Shown piece by piece: positions 1 through 9,231 of a DNA stretch of 36,683 nt (position 1 is its first letter; each line of letters starts with the position of its first letter). The DNA is from Gemmatimonadaceae bacterium (lineage in GTDB: Bacteria; Gemmatimonadota; Gemmatimonadetes; Gemmatimonadales; Gemmatimonadaceae). The translations under genes were made by a program, and so were the position numbers. The notes under the pieces were generated by a model that did not search any database, was not told where the DNA came from, and saw nothing but the letters and a program-made list of their open reading frames with translations. The stretch is from NCBI GenBank assembly GCA_040901985.1, contig JBBDYC010000019.1:3214-39896 (forward strand), read 5' to 3'.

Positions 1-28
1 CCCCCCCCCCCCGACACCACGCGCGGCC

Positions 29-75
29 GCCTGACGAGGCGCCTGCATTCGGCGGGCGCCGTACGCCGCTGAGGA
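29..75 (+). repeat. Left half of a degenerate attC-like element; copy of 18386-18430
   Basis: 31-75 matches 18386-18430 at 40/45 nt (all 5 differences are transitions). Starts GCCTGAC, one change from RYYYAAC. No right arm found. Confidence 0.6.
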
Positions 76-281
76 TAGGCCAGGGTGCTAAATGATTGAG
101 AGATTGCGCTCGGAGCTGGTCCGATCCTTCAGGACATTTGCGATCGGGGCCGCGTTGACGGCACTGTGTGTTTGCGAGGCCATTCTCACCCTGAGGAGGG
201 AAGATGGCCCGAGACGGCGCCAGCCCCCGCATCTATAGTTGTCCAGCGGGTCCCCGCTATTTGCAGCGCGCACGACCCATG

Positions 282-312
282 CGGGATAGGAAATTCAATC
301 GGGGTCGCTCGG
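282..312 (+). repeat. 31-bp direct repeat, left copy (CGGGATAGGAAATTCAATCGGGGTCGCTCGG)
   Basis: Identical to 2524-2554. Confidence 0.95.
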
Positions 313-545
313 GTATCCGCCGAACTTACGGCACGATCGCCGACCACGCGCGGGCTGGCGGGCGCCCGGCGGCGTGCCCTCCGCCCCGCGGCCAAGTCTC
401 GTGGGCCGTCTGAGGATCAGGGGCGCTCAACGGCGATGTCACGCTTGGGGGGCTCGCACGACAAAGGGGAATCGGGGCCGTCCATTCGGATGGCGCTCCG
501 CACATCCTGCGCGATTCCCTCTCTTGCAAGTTCGGAGGTCTTTCC

Positions 546-2459
546 ATGCGAATGAGTCGCCACATCCTTACGCGCACGACCCTTACCGCCCTCCTGGCAA
601 GCTTCGCCGCGTGTTCGCCGGACGCGGTATTGACCCCAAATCCGCGCACTCCAGCCGCTCTGCAATCGGCCGATCTGCAATCGTCTGTGGCGGCCGGAAC
701 ATGGGCGCGGAAGGCCGACCTGCCGACAGCGATCGCGGGCGCGGGAGTCGCAGTCGCTGGCGGGCGACTGTACGTGATCGGCGGCGGCTCACCGACCGGA
801 TCAACAACGGTGGTGCAGGTCTACGATCCCGCAACCGATAGCTGGAGCTACAAGGCATCCGCGCCAAGTAGCCGGGCGTATGCCGGGGTGGATGAGATCG
901 CGGGAAAATTGTACGCCGTCGGAGGGTGCATTAATTCCGACTGCCGCATAGGCGTTACCGGGCGGCTGGAGATGTATGATCCTGGTACGGACGGTTGGAC
1001 CGTCCTGCCATCCCTGCCGACACCGCGTTTCGAGCCCGCAACGGTCACCCTTCAGGGAAAGCTCTATGCGGTTGGCGGGCGGACCGCTTGCCCGCCGTGC
1101 AACGTTTCAAACGCGGTAGAGGTGTTTGATCCGGCGACAGGGCTCTGGTCGACCCGCTCCCCATTACCGAATCCACGCGCGGGCGCGGGCTACGCGGTCC
1201 TGAACGGGAAGCTCTGGCTGGCAGGAGGGAGAATCAACAACACCGGCGAAACGGGGCTGGTCGAACTATACGATCCGGCGACGGATACCTGGACCGAGAA
1301 GGCGTCCTTGCCGACCCCGCGCGCATACCCGGGCCTCTCCGAAAGCGGCGGCCGCCTGTACGCGGTGAGTGGACTCACGACGAGCTCCGGGGCGGTTACC
1401 ACCGTCGAAGAGTACGACCCAGTCTCTGACAAATGGACCGAAGTTGCACCGATTCCTACTGCTCGCTTCTACCCTACTCCGCGCTCGATAAACGGGGTAA
1501 TACTCGTCGCGGGTTCGGGTGCCGATAATACCCCGATCAGAGTAGTGGAAGCACTAGACGCCGCGTCCGCGCCGCCGCCAACGAACACGCCGCCGGTTGC
1601 GCACGCCGGATCTGACCAGATTCTGTATCGCACCAGCCCGTCGGGCGTTTCTGTCACGCTGGATGGCAGCGGGTCTTCGGACGCCGATGGAGATGCGCTC
1701 ACTTACTCGTGGTCCCGGGACGGAATCGAGATCGCTACCGGCGTCGCACCGACTGTGACGCTCGGACTCGGAACGCACAGCATCAAGCTGACCCTGTCGG
1801 ACGACAACAACGCCAGCGACGACGATTTCGTCACCATCACCGTGTTGAACGTCGCCCCCGTGGCGATCGCCGGCACGAACCAGACGTTGACCTGCGTGAA
1901 CGGCGCGGCTACTGCGTATCTGAATGGAAGTGGCTCTTCCGACCTCGACGGCACGATCACGGGTTACTCGTGGACTCCGGGCGGGGCGACCACCGCCAAT
2001 GCGACGGTCAGTTCACCGTTAGGCAGCACCACCTACACGTTGACGGTAACGGACAACGATGGCGCGACAGGTTCGGATCAGGTGACTGTGACGGTCGTCG
2101 ACGGCACCGCACCGGCGATCTCACTGACCGTCAGCCCGACGGAGCTGTGGGCGCCGAACCACCAGATGGTGAAGGTGGCCTCCGGCGTGTCGGCTTCGGA
2201 CGCCTGCGACCCGTCGCCCGCCTTCACGGTGACGGTCACCAGCAACGAGCCGGTCAACGGTCTTGGCGATGGGGACACGGCGCCCGACTGGGAGGTCGTG
2301 AACAACGCCGACGGCACGTACGACGTCTATGTCAGAGCAGAGCGCTCGGGCACGGGCAGCGGCCGCATCTACACGATCACCGCGACCGCGACGGACGGTA
2401 CTGGCAACGTGGGCACCGCCAGTGGCACCGTTTCGGTTCCGCATAGCAAGCGGAGGTAA
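546..2459 (+). CDS. Lipoprotein with Kelch beta-propeller, two PKD/Ig-like domains and a C-terminal Ig-like domain
   Basis: Signal peptide ending in lipobox-like FAAC. Six Kelch repeats (LYVIGG...YDPATDSW). PKD-like LDGSGSSDADG and LNGSGSSDLDG...LTVTDNDG. Start could be ATG 552. Confidence 0.9.
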   Translation: MRMSRHILTRTTLTALLASFAACSPDAVLTPNPRTPAALQSADLQSSVAAGTWARKADLPTAIAGAGVAVAGGRLYVIGGGSPTGSTTVVQVYDPATDSWSYKASAPSSRAYAGVDEIAGKLYAVGGCINSDCRIGVTGRLEMYDPGTDGWTVLPSLPTPRFEPATVTLQGKLYAVGGRTACPPCNVSNAVEVFDPATGLWSTRSPLPNPRAGAGYAVLNGKLWLAGGRINNTGETGLVELYDPATDTWTEKASLPTPRAYPGLSESGGRLYAVSGLTTSSGAVTTVEEYDPVSDKWTEVAPIPTARFYPTPRSINGVILVAGSGADNTPIRVVEALDAASAPPPTNTPPVAHAGSDQILYRTSPSGVSVTLDGSGSSDADGDALTYSWSRDGIEIATGVAPTVTLGLGTHSIKLTLSDDNNASDDDFVTITVLNVAPVAIAGTNQTLTCVNGAATAYLNGSGSSDLDGTITGYSWTPGGATTANATVSSPLGSTTYTLTVTDNDGATGSDQVTVTVVDGTAPAISLTVSPTELWAPNHQMVKVASGVSASDACDPSPAFTVTVTSNEPVNGLGDGDTAPDWEVVNNADGTYDVYVRAERSGTGSGRIYTITATATDGTGNVGTASGTVSVPHSKRR

Positions 2460-2523
2460 TACCGGGCCGGTACTGCCCGGACGAACAAGAACGGCCGCGG
2501 CTGTGTTTCAGATTGCGGATAAT

Positions 2524-2554
2524 CGGGATAGGAAATTCAATCGGGGTCGCTCGG
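2524..2554 (+). repeat. 31-bp direct repeat, right copy
   Basis: Identical to 282-312. Confidence 0.95.
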
Positions 2555-2605
2555 CGCGTGGCGCCCGACGCCGACGGAGCCCGGGTCGAGGGGGACTCCG
2601 TCATC

Positions 2606-3421
2606 TTACCCCTCAGGCAGACCGCTCATAACCAGACTCGGGCGGTGCGGGTGGCCTCGGCAGGAAAGGGAGAGCGCCGGCGTGGCCGACACGTGGTGGT
2701 GCGCCCGAAGAACCCGCAGGACGTCAACGCCCGCAAGAGGGCGGACATCGTACTGGCAGAGCGTCTGCACAGGGAACCGGGTCACCAAGCGCCGCTCGTA
2801 CTCCGCTTCGTAGGTCAGGGCGTCACCGAACGTTCCCACGTCCGCGAAACGGGCCCCCGTCACATCGCCCACCACCCGCAGCAAGCGCGCACCCGCCCTC
2901 GTTGCCCGCGAAAACGCGTTCTCCCAGTGCTCGAGCTGGGCGGCAATCGACGTCGCGTACGTGGAGACGACCAGTCGGCCTGCGTCGACGTCCGCCTGAA
3001 ACGCCGGGTGCTGACGCGCTACCTCGGTCAGCACACGTTCGCGGGTCTCCGGGGCAGCCGAGAGGTAACAGACGCTGTCTGGGCGCATTCCATTGATTAG
3101 GAAATCGCTAGCCTGCTTCGCCCGCTCGTCGTCGCTCGAGTAGAACGCACAGATGTGCCGATCACTAATGGATGGGCCTGCCGCACCGATTGGCTCCCGC
3201 AGCGCACCGTTGGGCGGCCCATCGCCTTCGGCGAGCGGAGTCGGGGAGTGACCCGCCGCAAATGCGAGCAGATCGGCTCGACGGAACCGGCGATCACCCC
3301 TGCCGCCGACCCGGAAACAGGCCAGTTCGCCCGCGTTGGTCCATCGCCGCAGTGAGGTCTCGCTGACGGCCAGGAACTTCGCGGCGCCTTTGATGTCGAG
3401 CAAGTCTGCGGGGTTTAGCAT
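2606..3421 (-). CDS. Excisionase-type (HTH_17/MerR-like) DNA-binding domain fused to a MEDS sensor domain (DcmR-like regulator)
   Basis: N-terminal LLDIKGAAKFLAVSETSLRRWTNAGELACFRVGGRGDRRF. MEDS motifs HICAFY, LRVVGDV, LCQYD and LRAH. Confidence 0.88.
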   Translation of the reverse strand: MLNPADLLDIKGAAKFLAVSETSLRRWTNAGELACFRVGGRGDRRFRRADLLAFAAGHSPTPLAEGDGPPNGALREPIGAAGPSISDRHICAFYSSDDERAKQASDFLINGMRPDSVCYLSAAPETRERVLTEVARQHPAFQADVDAGRLVVSTYATSIAAQLEHWENAFSRATRAGARLLRVVGDVTGARFADVGTFGDALTYEAEYERRLVTRFPVQTLCQYDVRPLAGVDVLRVLRAHHHVSATPALSLSCRGHPHRPSLVMSGLPEG

Positions 3422-3434
3422 CGCCGGGGCTAAT

Positions 3435-3463
3435 TTGACAAGGAAAGTACAGGAACGTATAAC
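3435..3463 (+). promoter_or_regulatory. sigma70-type promoter for the chemosensory operon, with tandem 10-bp repeats in the spacer
   Basis: TTGACA (3435-3440), 17 bp, TATAAC (3458-3463). Repeats AGGAAAGTAC and AGGAACGTAT. Confidence 0.75.
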
Positions 3464-3597
3464 AATGCCTATGATGCGTACTCAGTCTAGGGAGCTGTGC
3501 GGCTCGAGGCAAGCCGAGGCCCACGCCGATGCACGGGCACCGGACGCCGAGGGCGAGTTACTTTAAAACACTATCTGTAGCGATAATCGGCGAGAAT

Positions 3598-4176
3598 GTG
3601 ACAGGCTACGCGTTTGTGCCGAACGGCGTCAGGCGGGCGTTCGACTTGGAATCACCCGTCGGAACTCAGAAGGTCAGCCTGCTGACGTGCGATGTCGGTG
3701 GGCGCCGCATCGCGGTGCTGGCCACCGTGGTGCAGGCGGTGACGCGCGCGGTTGCGGTCTCCCCGCTGCCCAAGGCTCCGCCGATCGTGGAAGGGGTGGT
3801 GAACGTCCGCGGCACCCTCGTACCGGTGCTGGATATCCGACAGCGGTTCGGCATCTCGCCGCGGGCGCTCACGCCTGACCAACATATGGTCATCGCGCGA
3901 AGCGGCCCACGAGTGGTCGCGCTGAGAGTGGATCGAGCCGTCAATCTGACCTCGGTGAGCGAGGCGGACATTGCGTCCGCGCCCCAGGTGGTGCCGGGGG
4001 TCGAGTACGTCGCGGGAATCGCACTGCTGCCGGATGGCCTCATCGTGATCCACGATCTCGATCGGTGCCTCTCGTTGGACGAGGCCGCGCAGGTGGACGC
4101 GTCGCTGTCAGAAGCGGCGACAGTCGCACAGGCGTCTCCGGCGCGCACCGTCAAGACCGGTGCGAGGAACGGTTGA
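3598..4176 (+). CDS. cheW: Chemotaxis coupling protein CheW
   Basis: PLPKAPPIVEGVVNVRGTLVPVLDIRQRFG and VALRVD. Start uncertain (GTG 3598, GTG 3616 or TTG 3646). Confidence 0.9.
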   Translation: MTGYAFVPNGVRRAFDLESPVGTQKVSLLTCDVGGRRIAVLATVVQAVTRAVAVSPLPKAPPIVEGVVNVRGTLVPVLDIRQRFGISPRALTPDQHMVIARSGPRVVALRVDRAVNLTSVSEADIASAPQVVPGVEYVAGIALLPDGLIVIHDLDRCLSLDEAAQVDASLSEAATVAQASPARTVKTGARNG

Positions 4177-5693
4177 TGGCCACGGACCCACGACCTTCGG
4201 CAGGGCTCGCCGCCGCCGCCGCGACGCTTGTGCGCCGCCGCACCGGGCTCGTCTTCGGCGCGACACGGCGTTCGGCGTTCGACGAAGCGCTCTCGGCGGC
4301 GATGCGTCGCGCAACGGCGAATGATCCCGAGGTCTATCTCGACCGCCTGTCGAACGAGCCTGCGCTGCTCGACGACCTCGTGGCCGACATCACCGTGGGC
4401 GAGACGTATTTCTTCCGCGAGCCCCAACAGCTCGCCGTGTTCAGGAACTCGGTGCTTCCGGCGCTCGTCTCGGAACGGGCGACTGGCGAGCCACTGCGAG
4501 TGTGGAGCGCAGGTTGTGCGTCCGGAGAGGAGCCATACACGCTCGCGATCATCCTGCACGAACAACAGCTTGCTCAGCCCGCGCACATCATAGGCACCGA
4601 TCTCTCACGTGCCGCGCTGGCTCAGGCACGGCGGGCCCGCTATACCCGCTGGTCGCTGCGCGGCGTGTCGAGTGAGGTCACCAAGACGTATTTCAAACAA
4701 GCAGGCGACCGCTTCATTCTGGCTCCCAAGATCCGCGAGGCAGTTGACTTCCGGTACCTGAACCTGGCCGAGGATAGCTACCCCTCGCTGCCGACGGGCA
4801 TCTGGGGGATGAATCTCATCCTGTGTCGCAACGTCCTGATCTATTTCGATGCGGAAACGGTGGCCCGCGTCGCGCGTCGGTTGCTGGACGCACTGAGCGA
4901 CGACGGCTGGCTCCTGCTCGGCGCCTCCGATCCGGTGCTCTCGGATTTGGTCCCGTGCGATGTGGTGGTTACCGAGGCCGGGCTTGCGTATCGGCGGCGT
5001 GGTCGCCGCGCCGTGCGGTTGGGCGCGGGTCCCGCGAGCCGCTCAGCGGCAATCTCTACGCCCGCGCTCCCGGCATTCCCCGAGGTCGAGCGGTTTGAGC
5101 CGCAGTCGAGTCCGCCGTTGGCACCGCCCTTTCCGGAGGCGGCGCCGGAGGCCGCGCCCCCGGCGGTTGCCGTGGCGCTGGCGGCGGCGGATGGCGTCGC
5201 CGAAGCACTGGTCGCCTACGCCGCGAGGGACTACGTGCGTGCCGCCGAGCTCGCGGGTGGACTCGTGCAGCGCGGCAACGCCGATCCGGCACTGCAGGTC
5301 GTGCTGGTGCGCGCACTGGCGAATCGGGGCGAACTCGATGCCGCGGGTCGCGCGTGCGCCGCCGCGCTCGATGTCCAGCGTACTTCCGCCGAACTCACCT
5401 ACTTGCACGCGGTGCTGCTGTCCGAGGCCGGCAGGTACTCCGATGCAGCGGTCGCCGCGCGCCGTGCGCTCTACTTGGACGGGGGGTTTGTCGCGGCCCA
5501 TTTGGCGCTCGGCGGCGCGCTCGCACGTCTCGGGGAGATCGACGGCGCGAAGCGGGCGTACCGCAATGCGGAACGGCTATTGAACGGGATGTCGCCGACC
5601 GAGACCGTACCCAGCTCAGACGGGGAACTCGCGGGGCGACTCGCCGAGATCGCGAGGCTGCAGCGGCAGCTCCTTGCCGAGACGGCGGCCTGA
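4176..5693 (+). CDS. cheR: CheR methyltransferase with C-terminal TPR domain
   Basis: ITVGETYFFRE, VWSAGCASGEEPYT, ILCRNVLIYFD. Pro-rich linker then TPR-like helices. ATG overlaps the cheW stop (TGATG). Confidence 0.93.
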   Translation: MATDPRPSAGLAAAAATLVRRRTGLVFGATRRSAFDEALSAAMRRATANDPEVYLDRLSNEPALLDDLVADITVGETYFFREPQQLAVFRNSVLPALVSERATGEPLRVWSAGCASGEEPYTLAIILHEQQLAQPAHIIGTDLSRAALAQARRARYTRWSLRGVSSEVTKTYFKQAGDRFILAPKIREAVDFRYLNLAEDSYPSLPTGIWGMNLILCRNVLIYFDAETVARVARRLLDALSDDGWLLLGASDPVLSDLVPCDVVVTEAGLAYRRRGRRAVRLGAGPASRSAAISTPALPAFPEVERFEPQSSPPLAPPFPEAAPEAAPPAVAVALAAADGVAEALVAYAARDYVRAAELAGGLVQRGNADPALQVVLVRALANRGELDAAGRACAAALDVQRTSAELTYLHAVLLSEAGRYSDAAVAARRALYLDGGFVAAHLALGGALARLGEIDGAKRAYRNAERLLNGMSPTETVPSSDGELAGRLAEIARLQRQLLAETAA

Positions 5694-6286
5694 TGGCCAG
5701 TCAACGGAAAGCATCGAAGGGTCCAGTGGATTGGACCGATGTTCGGCAGCGCGTGGATGCGGCGGGACGCGCGCTCACCGGGACGGCTGCACTCTCGCCG
5801 GCACGGGTGCGCGAGGTGCTGGATGCACGTGCGCGCGCACTGGCGCGGCCGGTGGCGATGCCGGCATCTGGCGGGACGCTCGAGCTGGTGACCTTCGCGC
5901 TCGCCAACGAGGTGTACGCGGTCGAGTCGCGTTTTGTGGCTGCGGTGTTCCGGCTGGTCGAGCTCTCGCCGCTTCCCGGCGCCGCGCAACCGGTGTGTGG
6001 CGTGACGGCGTGGCGGGGGGAGTTGTTGGTGGTCCTCGACCTCCGCGCGTCGCTCGGGCTTTCGGTCGCGGCGCTGAACGACCTGAGTCGAGTGATCGTG
6101 CTGGGGGAGGAACGAGCGGCCTTCGGGGTCCTCGCCGACGCCGTGCGGGAGATCGTGACCCTTCCGATCGCGGCGGTGCGGGCACCGCCGGAGGGGGTTG
6201 CGGTGCAACGCGAATACCTTCGCGGCATCACCGATGACGCGGTACTCGTGCTCGACGCGGGACACCTGTTGAGGGCGCACGCGTGA
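5693..6286 (+). CDS. cheW: Second CheW, with N-terminal extension
   Basis: LDARARALARP, LVTFALANEVYAV, GVTAWRGELLVVLDL. ATG overlaps the cheR stop (TGATG). Confidence 0.9.
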   Translation: MASQRKASKGPVDWTDVRQRVDAAGRALTGTAALSPARVREVLDARARALARPVAMPASGGTLELVTFALANEVYAVESRFVAAVFRLVELSPLPGAAQPVCGVTAWRGELLVVLDLRASLGLSVAALNDLSRVIVLGEERAAFGVLADAVREIVTLPIAAVRAPPEGVAVQREYLRGITDDAVLVLDAGHLLRAHA

Positions 6287-6314
6287 GTACGCTGACTGAC
6301 ACTCGGAGGATGTG

Positions 6315-7808
6315 ATGCAGTGGACCGTGAGTCGCCGGATCGCGGTGGGGTTCGCTTTGGGGCTGAGCCTCGTCGTGGTGGTGGCGGCGGTCGGGGTCGT
6401 GGCGTTGCGCGGCGCGTCGGATGCGTACCGGGACGCGCTTGACCAGGAGCGGCGCACGCTCGTGCCTGCGCTCAGCGCACACGCCGAGTTTCGGCGTGCG
6501 ATACTCGACTTCGTTGGCTTCCTCGCGCGGCCCAACGACGCGGAGTTGCGCAGCCGGGACAGCACGCTCGCCCTGAGCCGCGGGTTGCTGGAGCAGCTCC
6601 GCGACCGTGATTCCACGGCGGAGGGTCGGGCGATCTGGACCGACGTCCTTGCGTCGGCCGCGGAGTGGGACGCGGCCTCGCGGGCCTCCATCGCGGCAAT
6701 GCAGGCCGGACGCGCCACTGAGGCGCTGCGCATACGCGACGAGCGCGCCGTTCCGGCCAGGGATGTCGTGCGCACGGCGATTGAGAGGGGCATCGCGCGC
6801 GCGGAGCAACGGGTCGATGCCGCCATCCTCGGGGCGCAGACCACCGCCCGTCGGATGCAGCTACTGCTGGTGTTCGGCGCGCTCCTGGCGCTCGCGGTGG
6901 GATCGTTGGCGGCGGTGTTCCTGAACCGCGCCATCATCGGCCCGCTACAGGAAACGGCCGGAGTGCTCGCCACGAGCGCCGCTGAGATCTTGGCGGCCAC
7001 GGCGCAGCAGGCAGCCGGAGCGAACGAGACGTCAGCCGCCGTGACCGAGACGGTGGCGACCGTGGACGAAGTCGCCCAGACGGCCGAGCAGGCGTCGCAG
7101 CGGGCGCAAGCGGTGTCGGACTCGGCGCAGCGGGCGGCGGAGATTGGCAAGGCGGGCCGTAAGGCGGTTGACGAGTCGACGACGGCGATGACCGCAGTGA
7201 AGGAGCAGGTGGAGTCGATTGCCCAGAGCATCCTGGCGCTCGCCGAGCAGGCGCAGGCGATCGGCGAGATCATCGCCACGGTGACTGACATCGCGGAGCA
7301 GACGAACCTGCTCGCCCTGAACGCCGCGGTCGAGGCGGCGCGTGCGGGCGAACAGGGGCGCGGGTTCGCCGTGGTCGCGGGTGAGGTCAAGAGCCTCGCC
7401 GAGCAGTCGAAGAAGGCGACGGTCGAGGTGCGTCAGATCCTGGGTGATATCCAACGGGCGACGAGCGCGGCGGTGATGACGACGGAGGAGGGGACCAAGC
7501 AGGTGACGGTGACGAGTCGGCAGGTGGCGGCGGCGGGAGATACAATCCGGACGCTCGCCGACGCGGTCGGGGAAGCGGCGCAGGCCGCCGCGCAAATCGT
7601 CGCGTCGGCGGGACAGCAGGCGGTGGGGATGTCGCAGGTCCGCCAGGCGATGGGGAGCATTCACGAGGCGACCCAGCAGAATCTCGCCTCGACGAAGCAG
7701 GCCGAACGGGCGGCACGGGACCTGAACGCCTTGGGATCGCAGCTGCTGACGCTGGTGGGGACCGACAACCGGCGGCGCGCCAATCAACTGAACGGTCAGG
7801 AGGCCTGA
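6315..7808 (+). CDS. Methyl-accepting chemotaxis protein 1 (2 TM, helical periplasmic sensor, no complete HAMP)
   Basis: [30 protein letters not shown] signalling tip. GGAGGA RBS at 6305-6310. Confidence 0.95.
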   Translation: MQWTVSRRIAVGFALGLSLVVVVAAVGVVALRGASDAYRDALDQERRTLVPALSAHAEFRRAILDFVGFLARPNDAELRSRDSTLALSRGLLEQLRDRDSTAEGRAIWTDVLASAAEWDAASRASIAAMQAGRATEALRIRDERAVPARDVVRTAIERGIARAEQRVDAAILGAQTTARRMQLLLVFGALLALAVGSLAAVFLNRAIIGPLQETAGVLATSAAEILAATAQQAAGANETSAAVTETVATVDEVAQTAEQASQRAQAVSDSAQRAAEIGKAGRKAVDESTTAMTAVKEQVESIAQSILALAEQAQAIGEIIATVTDIAEQTNLLALNAAVEAARAGEQGRGFAVVAGEVKSLAEQSKKATVEVRQILGDIQRATSAAVMTTEEGTKQVTVTSRQVAAAGDTIRTLADAVGEAAQAAAQIVASAGQQAVGMSQVRQAMGSIHEATQQNLASTKQAERAARDLNALGSQLLTLVGTDNRRRANQLNGQEA

Positions 7809-7809
7809 G

Positions 7810-9231
7810 ATGCGCTGGACGGTAAGCCGGAGGATAGGGGCGGGATTTGCGTTGGGGCTCATCCTTGTCGTGGTCGTCGCGCAGATCGGCATCGTCGCGT
7901 TGCGGGACTCCGTCTCGGCCTACGAGCAGGCGCTTCGTGAGCAGAGGAGTTCGCTCGTCACCGCGTTCGAAGCGGAGTCCGAGGCGCGTGATGGCGTCGT
8001 GCAGTTTCTCCGCTACCTGGCGACAGGCGATGTCGAGTATGCGCAGCTGCGAGATAGCTCCGTGGCGCGAACGCGAGTGCTGCTGACGCGGATGCGCGAT
8101 TCGCTGGCCGTGGAGGATCACACGGTTTGGGCAGCGGCCCTGACGGGTCTCGCCGAGTGGGATGAGGCGTCGCGAACGGCACTGACCGCCCACCGCGTCG
8201 GACAGACCGCCGAAGCCACCCGCGTCCAAGTCACGCGGGTCTTTCCGGCGCGCCAAGTCGTCCGCAGCGCAATCGACTCCGGGGTTGCGCTGGCGGAAGC
8301 ACGAACCCGCCGAGCGGAACTGGCGGCCCGCGACAATGCCGCAGCACGACGACGTGCGCTCGTGCTGGGAAGTCTCGCGGCGCTGCTTGTGGGCGTCGTC
8401 ACGGCGGTTCTGCTGAATCGTGCGGTCAGCGGACCGCTGCGTGAGACCACCGGCGTCCTTGCATCGAGCGCCGCCGAGATCCTGGCGGCCACGACGCAGC
8501 AGGCCTCGGGCGCGAGCGAGTCGTCGGCTGCCGTTGCGGAAACGGTCGCCACGGTGGACGAAGTCAGTCAGACGGCCGAGCAGGCATCGCAGCGCGCGCA
8601 GGAGATCGAGCGGGCCAGTCGCAAGGCGCTCGAGGAATCGGTGGCGGCGATGACGGGGGTGAGGGAGCAGGTCGAGTCCGTCGCCGAGAGCATTCTGGCG
8701 CTGGCCGAGCAGGCGCAGGCCATCGGGGAGATCATCGCGGTGGTGAACGACATTGCCGAGCAGACCAACCTCCTCGCCTTGAACGCCGCGGTGGAGGCGG
8801 CGCGGGCCGGCGAGCAGGGGCGCGGGTTCGCCGTGGTCGCCGCCGAGGTGAAGGGCCTCGCCGAGCAGTCGAGGAAGGCCACGGTGGATGTGCGTCGGAT
8901 CCTCGGGGAGATCCAGCGGGCCACCAGCTCGGCGGTGATGACCACCGAGGAGGGCACGAAGCAGGCCGCGGCCGCAACGAAGCTGGTGGCCGTGCAGGTG
9001 GGCGCGATGGCGCAGGCAGCCGCGCAAATCGTCGCGTCGGCGGGCCAGCAGTCGGCGGGGATGTCGCAGGTCCGCCAGGCGATGGGGAGCATTCACGAGG
9101 CGACGCAGCAGAACCTCGCGTCCACGAAACAGGCCGAGCGCGCCGCGCAGGATCTGAACGCGCTGGGCACGAAGCTGCTGGAGCTCGTCGGTGGGGCTCG
9201 AGACGAGGCGCCGCGGGGCGCGCGTCGGTGA
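7810..9231 (+). CDS. Methyl-accepting chemotaxis protein 2 (paralogue with shorter cytoplasmic bundle)
   Basis: Same tip motif. N-terminus MRWTVSRRI parallels MCP1 MQWTVSRRI. Confidence 0.95.
   Translation: MRWTVSRRIGAGFALGLILVVVVAQIGIVALRDSVSAYEQALREQRSSLVTAFEAESEARDGVVQFLRYLATGDVEYAQLRDSSVARTRVLLTRMRDSLAVEDHTVWAAALTGLAEWDEASRTALTAHRVGQTAEATRVQVTRVFPARQVVRSAIDSGVALAEARTRRAELAARDNAAARRRALVLGSLAALLVGVVTAVLLNRAVSGPLRETTGVLASSAAEILAATTQQASGASESSAAVAETVATVDEVSQTAEQASQRAQEIERASRKALEESVAAMTGVREQVESVAESILALAEQAQAIGEIIAVVNDIAEQTNLLALNAAVEAARAGEQGRGFAVVAAEVKGLAEQSRKATVDVRRILGEIQRATSSAVMTTEEGTKQAAAATKLVAVQVGAMAQAAAQIVASAGQQSAGMSQVRQAMGSIHEATQQNLASTKQAERAAQDLNALGTKLLELVGGARDEAPRGARR

Noticed and set aside
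1..12. Poly-C run at the start (and at 36675-36683)
   Set aside because: Homopolymers at sequence ends most likely reflect contig breaks or sequencing artefacts, not terminal repeats.
2462..2480. Hairpin CCGGGC...GCCCGG after the Kelch gene as a terminator
   Set aside because: Only 6 bp and no U-tract; expected by chance at this GC content.
2512..2539. dif-like site overlapping the right 31-bp repeat (ATTGCGGATAA matches the E. coli XerC arm at 8/11)
   Set aside because: The XerD arm does not match and the left repeat copy lacks the XerC-like arm.
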